DNA of 64,000 nt from an uncultured Candidatus Saccharibacteria bacterium (lineage in GTDB: Bacteria > Patescibacteriota > Minisyncoccia > Phycocordibacterales > UBA918), in the NCBI GenBank assembly GCA_964350735.1, contig CAYGKO010000004.1, positions 19,583 to 83,582 on the forward strand, in the 5' to 3' direction. The translations under genes and the position numbers were made by a program. Shown here piece after piece: positions 21,269 to 29,271 of the stretch. The notes under the pieces were generated by a model. That model was not told where the DNA came from. It saw nothing but the letters and a program-made list of their open reading frames with translations, and made no database searches. The first letter of the stretch is position 1. Each line of letters begins with the position of its first letter.

Positions 21269-21625
21269 ATGGAAATCACATATAATGTTGATATGCCTTG
21301 GGAGCAGGGAGAAAAAACTGCACTGATGTATATTAACATGGCAATTACCGAAGCTTGCATGCTGTGGGGTATCACAATAGCAATTGGCTCGGCAGCCATA
21401 GGAATGATGGGTGATGTTCGAGTACTTACAATTACTCGCTGTCAAAGCGTAGCAGGAGGAGCTTCAGTTTCTTTCCTTGTCCGAATGGATACTGCCGAGA
21501 TCACCTCATGTGACCACAACCCTCAAATCATGAAAAATACTTTCGATGCAAAATGGGACAGCTGTGCGGGAAAAAATCTGATCGAATCAGCGATCGAAGA
21601 TATGGTCGAGAAAATGACTTCATGA
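21269..21625 (+). CDS. Hypothetical protein
   Basis: 118 aa ORF followed by an intrinsic terminator. No motif was recognised. Confidence 0.3.
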   Translation: MEITYNVDMPWEQGEKTALMYINMAITEACMLWGITIAIGSAAIGMMGDVRVLTITRCQSVAGGASVSFLVRMDTAEITSCDHNPQIMKNTFDAKWDSCAGKNLIESAIEDMVEKMTS

Positions 21626-21664
21626 TCTTTTGAACTATCGGGAGGCATCCTTAACAAGACCTTC

Positions 21665-21694
21665 GCCGGGGTGAGAAACCTCGGCTTTTCTTTT
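21665..21694 (+). terminator. Rho-independent terminator
   Basis: The hairpin GCCGGGG-tgagaaa-CCTCGGC is followed by TTTTCTTTT. Confidence 0.5.
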
Positions 21695-21702
21695 GTCTCT
21701 CT

Positions 21703-21880
21703 GCTAGGGCGGCGGCGAAGCCGCCGCCCGTCCAACCCCTCCCAGAGGCAAGTCAGTACTCCGGAATTTCTGAGTATCTGCAGGCCAAAAGCACGGTCTT
21801 TCGTCAGAAAGTTTTGGCCGAAGCCGCAGTAAAATTTCGCTGGAAATTTTACGATCAGAAATTCCGGAGTCCTCACTTGC
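21703..21880 (+). other. Highly structured intergenic element upstream of secG (candidate small RNA or palindromic repeat)
   Basis: A GC hairpin (gggcggcggcgaagccgccgccc) is followed by a long-range stem, gaggcaagt..actccggaatttctga pairing with tcagaaattccggagt..acttgcctc. This stem encloses two perfect hairpins (ggccaaaa..ttttggcc and gtaaaatttc-gctg-gaaattttac). Confidence 0.35.
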
Positions 21881-21913
21881 CTCCCCCCACCATTTCTGCT
21901 ATTATCGCTGCAC

Positions 21914-22156
21914 ATGGAATTCATCCGATCTACTGTTCTACCAGTACTACCGTACATCCAATTAATTATCTCAGTCCTTCTGATTGCAGCAATCTTATTG
22001 CAGCAGCGCGGATCGAGTCTCGGTGGTGCGTTTGGTGGAGATAACTTTAGTGCAGCATTTAATAAACGACGAGGCGGCGAACAGTTTTTGTTCCGTCTTT
22101 CAATTGGACTGGCCGTACTCTTTGTACTTTCAGCGTTGTTGAACTTGGCTCAATAG
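21914..22156 (+). CDS. secG: Preprotein translocase subunit SecG
   Basis: 80 aa with two TM helices. The central motif LLQQRGSSLGGAFGG matches the SecG LLQxGKG..G..FGG signature. Confidence 0.8.
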   Translation: MEFIRSTVLPVLPYIQLIISVLLIAAILLQQRGSSLGGAFGGDNFSAAFNKRRGGEQFLFRLSIGLAVLFVLSALLNLAQ

Positions 22157-22215
22157 CCATCGCTGTTTCTCTGGTTCAGAGATCGTAAACCCCATTTAGT
22201 TTAATCTGTGCATTC

Positions 22216-23922
22216 ATGGAAGATTCTTCTTCGCGTTCGCGTTTTGTATTTGATCGATTTTTTCGCTACCTAGACCGACGCCGACCAAGCGACCGTTTTA
22301 TCTTTGTAACCATCCTTTGGATCGGTGCTTTAGCCCTGGTCGCAGCTGCATTTTTATGGAATAACCAATACTCAAAATCATTCCCTAGCCAAGGCGGCAC
22401 CTTTATTGAAGGCGTGATTGGAACTCCACGATTTGTGAATCCAGTTCTGGCGGTGACCCGAGCTGACTATGACTTGGTAGAACTGGTATATAGCGGTCTA
22501 CTGACGCTAGAGACTGACGGCATGGTTCGTGAAGACCTGGCTGAATCAATCACCATTTCTGATGACGGCACGGTCTACAATGTAATCTTGCGCAACAACG
22601 CAACCTTCCACGATGGCGAAACTGTTGACACCGAAGATGTCGCCTACACCATTGGTTTGATCCAAACAGCTGAATTAAAAAGTCCGCTGCGCGGAAACTG
22701 GAATGGTGTTGTAGTTGAAGTTATAAGCGAGCGTGAAATCAACTTCGTTTTGGAAGAACCATACGTACCCTTTATTGAAAACCTCACTGTCGGTATCTTG
22801 CCCAAACACATCTGGGAAACACTCGCAATTGAAGAACTCCCATTTAGTCAACACAACACCGTGCCAATTGGATCTGGACCCTACAAAATTACAGAAGTCG
22901 GCCGAGATGCAGCAGGACTGATTGATGATTACACGCTCGAAGCGGTTTCTCCTGACGCTGCGAATATCAATACAGTGACTCTAAACTTCTATCAAAATGA
23001 AGTTGAGCTTTTAGAAGCGTTTGAGAAAGGAGACGTGCTAGCAAGCGCATCACTGAGTAACGGCGCAGTAGCTAATTTAGACATGGATACCTATAACGTA
23101 TACGAAGCATCTTTACCGCGCGTCTTTTCAGTTTTTATTAATCAAAATCGTACTGCAGCTCTCCGAGATAGTGCAGCCCGGGAAGCGTTGAGTGTAGCTA
23201 TCAACCGAGAAGCGTTAATTACTGAAACGTTAGCAGGTTATGGTACACCAACCAATTCACCATTACCTGGCCAAAAAAATCAAGAAACTAACACCAGTAG
23301 GAGTGGCATCGAAGCCGCCGCTGCTATACTTGAAGCAGCAGACTGGGAACGGAGTGCAAACGGACGTTGGGTGAAACAAATCTCAGAAATCGAAACCGAA
23401 TTAGCCATCACCATCACGACAGCAAATACACCAGTATTTGAACAAACAGCCGCTTACCTAGAGCGGGTGTGGACCGAACTTGGAGTATCAGTAAGTGTTG
23501 CGTTGTTTGAACAGTCAGACTTAGTCCAAGCTGTCATTCGACCGCGTGATTATCAAGCCTTGTTATTTGGAGCTGACATTGGTCGCAGCGCAGACCTATA
23601 TCCGTTCTGGCATTCATCGCAGCGGTCAGATCCTGGCCTCAATGTTGCGCTCTACGCCAATATCACTACCGATGCTCTGCTAGAAGAAGTGCGAATTACG
23701 CAAGATCCTGTCGCCCGAGCCGCTACGCTTGAACAAATCGCAAGTGAAATTACCACCGAACAACCTGCAATATTTTTATACAACCCATCCTTTGTCTACG
23801 TAGTCAAACAGAGCGTCGAGAATGTCTCTCTGACTGATATCAATAGACCAAGCGAACGGTTTACCAGCATTCAAGATTGGTACATGCAAGAAGAAAAATT
23901 ATGGCCCATTTTTTCAGATTGA
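22216..23922 (+). CDS. Family 5 extracellular solute-binding protein (OppA/DppA-like), membrane-anchored
   Basis: 568 aa with an N-terminal TM anchor. Its length and conserved blocks are typical of SBP_bac_5. No permease or ATPase genes are adjacent. Confidence 0.65.
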   Translation: MEDSSSRSRFVFDRFFRYLDRRRPSDRFIFVTILWIGALALVAAAFLWNNQYSKSFPSQGGTFIEGVIGTPRFVNPVLAVTRADYDLVELVYSGLLTLETDGMVREDLAESITISDDGTVYNVILRNNATFHDGETVDTEDVAYTIGLIQTAELKSPLRGNWNGVVVEVISEREINFVLEEPYVPFIENLTVGILPKHIWETLAIEELPFSQHNTVPIGSGPYKITEVGRDAAGLIDDYTLEAVSPDAANINTVTLNFYQNEVELLEAFEKGDVLASASLSNGAVANLDMDTYNVYEASLPRVFSVFINQNRTAALRDSAAREALSVAINREALITETLAGYGTPTNSPLPGQKNQETNTSRSGIEAAAAILEAADWERSANGRWVKQISEIETELAITITTANTPVFEQTAAYLERVWTELGVSVSVALFEQSDLVQAVIRPRDYQALLFGADIGRSADLYPFWHSSQRSDPGLNVALYANITTDALLEEVRITQDPVARAATLEQIASEITTEQPAIFLYNPSFVYVVKQSVENVSLTDINRPSERFTSIQDWYMQEEKLWPIFSD

Positions 23923-23969
23923 ACGAATTAACAGAACAGTATTACAAAATTAAACCTAACTAAATTATT

Positions 23970-25994
23970 ATGAACGAACGTACAACAAACAATGGAGCTG
24001 GACAGTCTACAAACCCAAGTGGACCAGCCCGACCACGAACTGGCGGACAACACCGAAGTCGCCCTGGTGGACGACCAAATAGTCGACCCGGTGGACGTCC
24101 TGGAGGGAGTGGACAAGGAGCCAACCGCCCACAAGGTGGCCGACCCAACCGCAATGGTGCCGGAGGAGGTGGTAACCGAAATGGCGGTGGCCGACCAGGT
24201 GGTGGTGGCAAACGTCGAGGTAACAATCAAAACCGGCGTCGCTCAATGACGAATCCGGCTCTTTCTCACCGCATGGCGGAACGTGATGAAAAATCTCCGG
24301 TACTGCCCGAAGTGACTGACGAAGATACCGTACGAGTGATCCCGATGTCTGGTGTGGAACAAATCGGACGAAATATGACGGTGGTTGAAACTAAAGACGA
24401 TATCATTATCTTTGATATTGGTTTTCAGTTTGTATCAGCTGACTCACACGCTCCTGGCGTAAACTACATTCTGCCAAACACGCAGTACCTAGAAGAACGA
24501 AAGCATAAGATTCGTGCGCTCGTGATCACTCATGGTCACCTCGACCACATTGGAGGTATTCCATTTGTTATGGAACGAATTGGCAATCCACCAATCTACA
24601 CGCAATACCTCACCTCTTTAATGGTGAAGAAACGACAAGAAGAGTTCCCTCATATGGACCCACTTGATATCAATGTGATCAAAGAGGGTGATTCTTTCAT
24701 GGTAAAGAATACCAAGATCAAGACTTTCCCCGTCACTCACTCTATTCCTGATGCAATGGGAGTGTGCGTCGAGACCAAGCATGGCGACGTAGTTATCACT
24801 GGAGACATCAAACTTACACACGAAGATGGTGAAGTAGTAAAAGAAGAACGTGAATCATGGGAAGGAGTTGGCAAGAACAACAACCTCGTCATGATGTGTG
24901 ACTCAACCAACGCCGACCGTGAAGGCTTCTCAGCGCCAGAAAGTACAGTATTCGAAAGCCTTGATAACATCATCAAAAATGCCACTGGCCGGATGATCAT
25001 TGGTACCTTTGCTTCACAGTTTGATCGACTAATTGCTATCATTGGATCTTGTGAAAAATATGGCAAAGTAGTCGTACCCGAAGGACGTAGTATTAAAGTA
25101 AGTATCGATATTGCAATAACAGCAAAGATGCTTGAAGTAAAACCTGGTGTGATTGTGTCTGCCCAAGAAGCCGACAACTATCCAGCTGATCGGGTAGTAA
25201 TTCTTTCAACTGGTGCTCAAGGTGAAGAGTTTGCCGCCTTGATGCGAATGGCGTGTGATAAACACAAGTTTATTACCCTCAGCGAACGAGACACACTCGT
25301 GCTCTCATCTTCAGTGATCCCGGGGAACGAGATCGCCGTGCAGAAATTAAAAGATAATATCTACCGGAAGAATGTACGAGTGATCAACTATCGATCTGCC
25401 TCAGTTCACTCTTCTGGACACGGAAACGCTGGTGAACTTAACTGGGTACGACAAACCGTCAAGCCTAAATTCCTTGTACCAGTACATGGTCATCACTACC
25501 ACCTCAAGAGTCACATGTATACAGCGGTAGAAAATGGCTTCCCTCGTGAAAACATTGCTATCCCTGACAATGGAACTTTAATCGACATCAAAAACGGAAC
25601 CGAAATGATTGTCCATAAACAAAAAGCTCCGACTGAGGAGATCTATGTCGATGGCTTCACTGTTGGCGCGCGACAAGAAGTAGTGCTTCGTGACCGCCTC
25701 TCACTTTCAAGTGACGGTATGTTTGTGATTATTGCGACCGTAAACACCAAGACCGGTAAGTTGCGTAAGTCACCAGACATCATCTCTCGTGGCTTTGTCT
25801 ACCTACGTGAAAATCAGCAACTACTCTCTGAAGCCCGCGTCCTCATCAAGAAAACGGTTGAAAAAAATACAGAGAATATGCACCCAATCGACCTCGACCT
25901 CGTGAAAGACGAACTGACAGATACAGTGAGCGGATTCCTGATGCAGAAGACCCAGAAAACACCAATGGTGATTCCAGTTTTGATTGGAATATAA
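23970..25994 (+). CDS. rnj: Ribonuclease J with an N-terminal Arg/Gly/Pro/Asn-rich disordered extension
   Basis: 674 aa. It has the metallo-beta-lactamase motif HGHLDHIGG and the beta-CASP and RNase J C-terminal regions. About the first 110 aa are low complexity (RPGGRPNSRPGGRPGGSGQG..). Confidence 0.9.
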   Translation: MNERTTNNGAGQSTNPSGPARPRTGGQHRSRPGGRPNSRPGGRPGGSGQGANRPQGGRPNRNGAGGGGNRNGGGRPGGGGKRRGNNQNRRRSMTNPALSHRMAERDEKSPVLPEVTDEDTVRVIPMSGVEQIGRNMTVVETKDDIIIFDIGFQFVSADSHAPGVNYILPNTQYLEERKHKIRALVITHGHLDHIGGIPFVMERIGNPPIYTQYLTSLMVKKRQEEFPHMDPLDINVIKEGDSFMVKNTKIKTFPVTHSIPDAMGVCVETKHGDVVITGDIKLTHEDGEVVKEERESWEGVGKNNNLVMMCDSTNADREGFSAPESTVFESLDNIIKNATGRMIIGTFASQFDRLIAIIGSCEKYGKVVVPEGRSIKVSIDIAITAKMLEVKPGVIVSAQEADNYPADRVVILSTGAQGEEFAALMRMACDKHKFITLSERDTLVLSSSVIPGNEIAVQKLKDNIYRKNVRVINYRSASVHSSGHGNAGELNWVRQTVKPKFLVPVHGHHYHLKSHMYTAVENGFPRENIAIPDNGTLIDIKNGTEMIVHKQKAPTEEIYVDGFTVGARQEVVLRDRLSLSSDGMFVIIATVNTKTGKLRKSPDIISRGFVYLRENQQLLSEARVLIKKTVEKNTENMHPIDLDLVKDELTDTVSGFLMQKTQKTPMVIPVLIGI

Positions 25995-26020
25995 AGTTAA
26001 AGCTTCTTAAGAAAAGAAAA

Positions 26021-26050
26021 GTCGCCAGTAGCAATGGCGGCTTTTCTTTT
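26021..26050 (+). terminator. Rho-independent terminator after rnj
   Basis: The hairpin GTCGCCA-gtagcaa-TGGCGGC is followed by TTTTCTTTT. Confidence 0.55.
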
Positions 26051-26100
26051 CCCCGTTACTACAAAATAATATTGCGGTAAGTTGGTACAATACACACACT

Positions 26101-27303
26101 ATGGCACACCACCGCAGACACTCGCTACATCGTGCTCACCCTGGAAAAGTTGGCTTTTGGGTTATCTATCTTCTTTCAGTACTCTTCAACTTCCACGGAC
26201 TTTTAGTAGCGTACAGTAACTCCACCTTCATGGAGCGCTTTGTGAGTCCTGAAACCATCGGTGGCCTGTACACTATCGGTTCGGCCTTAGCAGTCTTGGG
26301 CTTTTTGTTTATTTCCCGAGTGTTACGAAAAGTTGGTAACGTCCGCCTGACTATTTACTTGGCAATCGCTGAGATCATCGCCCTTATCACCCTTGCCCTC
26401 GCAGGCACGGCTGCAACGGCTCTAGTGGCCTTTGTGATCTTCCTCGTAATAAATCCAATGATTTTCCTGAGTATCGACATCTTCTCTGAAAGCCTCATCG
26501 GTAAAGACGAGAGTGGTACCGGCAGCAAACGCGGCCTGACACTCACCCTTATGAGCATTGCCGCTGTAATGGCTCCGCTAGCGATGGGGTTCATTGTAGG
26601 CGACAATGACGACAACCTTTTCCGCTCCTATTTAGTCTCGGCCGGGATATTTAGTATCTTTGTCTTAATAGTACTCCTTAAGTTCCGCGACTTTAAAGAT
26701 CCTGAGTACCGAGAGATTCAAGTACTCTCAGCCATTCAGTCTTTCTGGCATCAGCTTGATCTACGCAATGTCTTCTTGGCCCACTTTACCCTCCAACTCT
26801 TCTTCTCTTGGATGGTCATTTACGTACCCCTTTACCTAGCCACTGAGATCGGCTTCACCTGGGAACAAATCGGCTCGATTATTGCTGTTGGACTCTTTGC
26901 GTACGTTCTCTTTGAATACCCAATTGGTGTGCTGGCTGACAAATACATCGGCGAAAAAGAAATGATGGCGGTTGGGTTTGTCATTCTTGCCATCTCATCT
27001 TCCTGGATATCTTTCATGGCAGCTGCCCCAGTGCTTTCGTGGATGATCTTACTCTTTATTAGCCGTATCGGCGCTAGTCTAGTAGAAGCCACCACTGAAA
27101 GCTACTTCTTCAAACACACCAGTGGTGGGGACGCTAACATCATGAGCTTCTTCCGCCTCACGCGCCCACTCGCTATGCTCTTTGGAGCGCTCCTTGGTAG
27201 TGCCACGTTGCTGTACTTACCATTTGAACTCATGTTCGTCGTCCTTGGCTTTATGATGATTCCTGGTATATTCTTCACACTAGCCCTTAAAGATACAAAA
27301 TAG
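26101..27303 (+). CDS. MFS-type transporter
   Basis: 400 aa with about 12 TM helices arranged 6+6 around a central loop. Confidence 0.7.
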   Translation: MAHHRRHSLHRAHPGKVGFWVIYLLSVLFNFHGLLVAYSNSTFMERFVSPETIGGLYTIGSALAVLGFLFISRVLRKVGNVRLTIYLAIAEIIALITLALAGTAATALVAFVIFLVINPMIFLSIDIFSESLIGKDESGTGSKRGLTLTLMSIAAVMAPLAMGFIVGDNDDNLFRSYLVSAGIFSIFVLIVLLKFRDFKDPEYREIQVLSAIQSFWHQLDLRNVFLAHFTLQLFFSWMVIYVPLYLATEIGFTWEQIGSIIAVGLFAYVLFEYPIGVLADKYIGEKEMMAVGFVILAISSSWISFMAAAPVLSWMILLFISRIGASLVEATTESYFFKHTSGGDANIMSFFRLTRPLAMLFGALLGSATLLYLPFELMFVVLGFMMIPGIFFTLALKDTK

Positions 27304-27304
27304 C

Positions 27305-27682
27305 ATGATCGCAAAAACTCGTAATATACTAAATCGAACACCTGAAATGCGAGCAAAGTATGATGCTCATATGTCTGGAACAGAAATCATTCCTGACGAC
27401 CCTGATGAATTAATTAAAGACTTTGTTCATTGGAAAATTATCAAAAATAAATTTCCGTATGATGCTATTTTCTCAACACATCATATGATAGTTTCAAAAA
27501 GAATATTTAGTAGCACGGAGGAAGCTACGGCTGAAGAAACCGCGGAATATCTAGAGATAAAACAACAACTAAACAATGAAGGATTTTATGATCTTCTGCT
27601 AGAAAATTTTCACAAAAACCAATCTAAACCAAAACATTGTCATATTCATCTACTGGTTTGGAAAGTAGTTGAAACCAACTAA
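27305..27682 (+). CDS. Hypothetical protein with a HIT-like His triad near the C-terminus
   Basis: 125 aa. The C-terminal HCHIHLLVW fits the H-x-H-x-H-x-x HIT motif. The rest is not diagnostic. Confidence 0.3.
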   Translation: MIAKTRNILNRTPEMRAKYDAHMSGTEIIPDDPDELIKDFVHWKIIKNKFPYDAIFSTHHMIVSKRIFSSTEEATAEETAEYLEIKQQLNNEGFYDLLLENFHKNQSKPKHCHIHLLVWKVVETN

Positions 27683-28491
27683 GGCAATTGATATTTCCGT
27701 TCTTGTAATACAATCAAGTTCTCCGCCTCTAACTTCTGCATCTGCTCACAAAGCTTTATTTTTGGGAATGTGGCCAACTTCGCTTGTAACTGAGCTCTCG
27801 TATACGACTTGTCTGCAAGTGCTCTAATGATTGCACCGCGTACTTCCCTGTCACTACCCTTAAATTTTGATTGTTTGCTGTAGCTTTTAGCCTGCTTATT
27901 TAGATTCCCATGCAACTTCTTCAAGTGAGCGCCATAGTCCATTAGTGCCCAGTACCACTCACGCGGTTTTTCTTGATCTAAAGTTAGTTCGATATATCGT
28001 ACTATTTTTGCCTCAGAAACTGCTGACTGTTTACTGAAGAAATGATAGAGATACACCGTCCGAATATTAGTCTCAATGATCGGGACCGGTGTATCGAACG
28101 CAAACGCAAGCACCGCGCCAGCGGTGTAGGGGCCGATCCCTGGTAGTTTCTGTAACTCGTCATAGGTAGCTGGGAAAACACCACCATGTTCATTAACTAT
28201 TTCTCTGGCACACTGATGAAGCATTTTTGCTCGACGATTGTAGCCCAAACCTTGCCAGGCGCGTAGCACATCACCTAAAGAAGCTTTGGCTAATTTCTGA
28301 ACCGTGGGCCATTTCTCTAAAAAAGCTTCATATTTAGGAATCACCCGCTCCACCTGTGTCTGCTGTAACATGATCTCTGAGACCAAGACCTGATACGGAT
28401 CAGTCGTCTGTCGCCACGGCAGACCATGCCGTCCGTTTGTTTCATAAAAATCCCAGACAGTTTTCACCATCTGCTGCTCTTTTAGGGTCAT
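27679..28491 (-). CDS. MutY/EndoIII-like HhH-GPD DNA glycosylase lacking the Fe-S cluster motif
   Basis: 270 aa. The N-terminus matches MutY (LPWRQTTDPYQVLVSEIMLQQTQVERV...WQGLGYNRRAKMLH) and the HhH is LPGIGPYTAGAV. There is no Cx6Cx2Cx5C motif or NUDIX domain, and the catalytic position reads ETN rather than DGN. Confidence 0.65.
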   Translation of the reverse strand: MTLKEQQMVKTVWDFYETNGRHGLPWRQTTDPYQVLVSEIMLQQTQVERVIPKYEAFLEKWPTVQKLAKASLGDVLRAWQGLGYNRRAKMLHQCAREIVNEHGGVFPATYDELQKLPGIGPYTAGAVLAFAFDTPVPIIETNIRTVYLYHFFSKQSAVSEAKIVRYIELTLDQEKPREWYWALMDYGAHLKKLHGNLNKQAKSYSKQSKFKGSDREVRGAIIRALADKSYTRAQLQAKLATFPKIKLCEQMQKLEAENLIVLQERKYQLP

Positions 28492-28497
28492 ACTTAA

Positions 28498-28731
28498 CTA
28501 GTTGAATACTGTGTAATCAGTCTCATCTACTGGCTCGATACTCGGTCGCTCAATAACTACCACCCAGAAAATGAAGTAAATGAGTATGCCTGGCATAAAG
28601 CCAGTCAATAGTAAGAAAACAATAAAGCCTAGTCTCCAAATCAGCGGATCTTGATCATAATACTCAGCCAATCCTGCTAACACTCCGGCCACCACTTTAT
28701 TATCTGCTGATCGGTATAATTTCTTTTTCAT
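28498..28731 (-). CDS. PspC-domain protein
   Basis: 77 aa with the PspC signature KVVAGVLAGLAEYYDQDPLIWRLGFIVFLLLTG followed by a TM helix. Confidence 0.8.
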   Translation of the reverse strand: MKKKLYRSADNKVVAGVLAGLAEYYDQDPLIWRLGFIVFLLLTGFMPGILIYFIFWVVVIERPSIEPVDETDYTVFN

Positions 28732-28750
28732 TGCACTAGTATAGAGATTT

Positions 28751-29235
28751 ATACATCAAAAGGAAATGGCTGACTCGATCAGAGATCGTGTCAGCCATCG
28801 ACAGTTGCTATGTCGGATTAGCTAGTTCCGACACCTACGAGCAGTCAACCCGTAGTTCAGCCGTGCTCGGGCCGAATAAAATTAAGTACAGGCTTCTGTT
28901 GCCAGGCGCCTGCGGACCCCGCCTTAAGCTGCGAAGCCTAAGGACTTAAGGCATTACGCCCGACCAACGAGGCCGTGCGCTCCACCCAGATTGGCTGCCA
29001 TCCACGCGGGAACCGCGTCATGACCGCCATCGCTTTTAGCACGAGTGCCATTTGCGAAAAGTGAACCGATAACGGTGGTGTCTCACCGAACAAAAGCTAA
29101 CTCCTTTAGACGTCCGTCGATCCTATTTCGACCCCTGCATCCAAACGTTCGGGTGTTTGGTGGAGCCGCCGGGTACCGCCCCCGGGTCCGATCCGTTTAT
29201 TGCGAGCGCGTTTATTGCCATAGATCCCTAGAGAT
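28751..29235 (-). ncRNA. ssrA: Candidate circularly permuted (two-piece) tmRNA gene (ssrA) with its terminator
   Basis: Read 5'->3' on the minus strand, a T-arm-like CCGGG-GGCGGUA-CCCGG is followed by the acceptor 3' strand CGGCUCC-ACCA (+29158-29166). A 22-nt spacer follows, then GGGGUCG-AAAUA-GGAUCGACGG (+29135 downward), which resembles the tmRNA 5' end. GGGGUCG and CGGCUCC form 7 pairs including G3.U. An ORF-like frame starting GCA AAU lies 81 nt in. A terminator hairpin occupies 28768-28796. Confidence 0.5.
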
Positions 29236-29271
29236 CAGTTTCATCCTAGTATTAAAATAATTGAAAGTCAA
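29236..29271 (-). promoter_or_regulatory. Putative sigma70-like promoter for the tmRNA precursor
   Basis: On the minus strand, TTGACT is followed by a 17-nt spacer and TAGGAT, immediately after the stop of the HAD-hydrolase gene. The predicted start would give an acceptor piece of about 78 nt. Confidence 0.3.

Noticed and set aside
21523-21957. 144-aa minus-strand ORF spanning the structured element and the secG start
   Set aside because: It overlaps the terminator, the palindromic structured region and the start of secG. The long inverted repeats naturally create open frames on both strands.
23928-24249. Four overlapping ORFs on both strands at the 5' end of rnj (for example a Pro/Arg/Gly-rich 88-aa ORF)
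   Set aside because: They are artefacts of the repetitive GGN/CCN-rich DNA that encodes the RGG-like N-terminus of RNase J. Each is an alternative frame of the same repeat.
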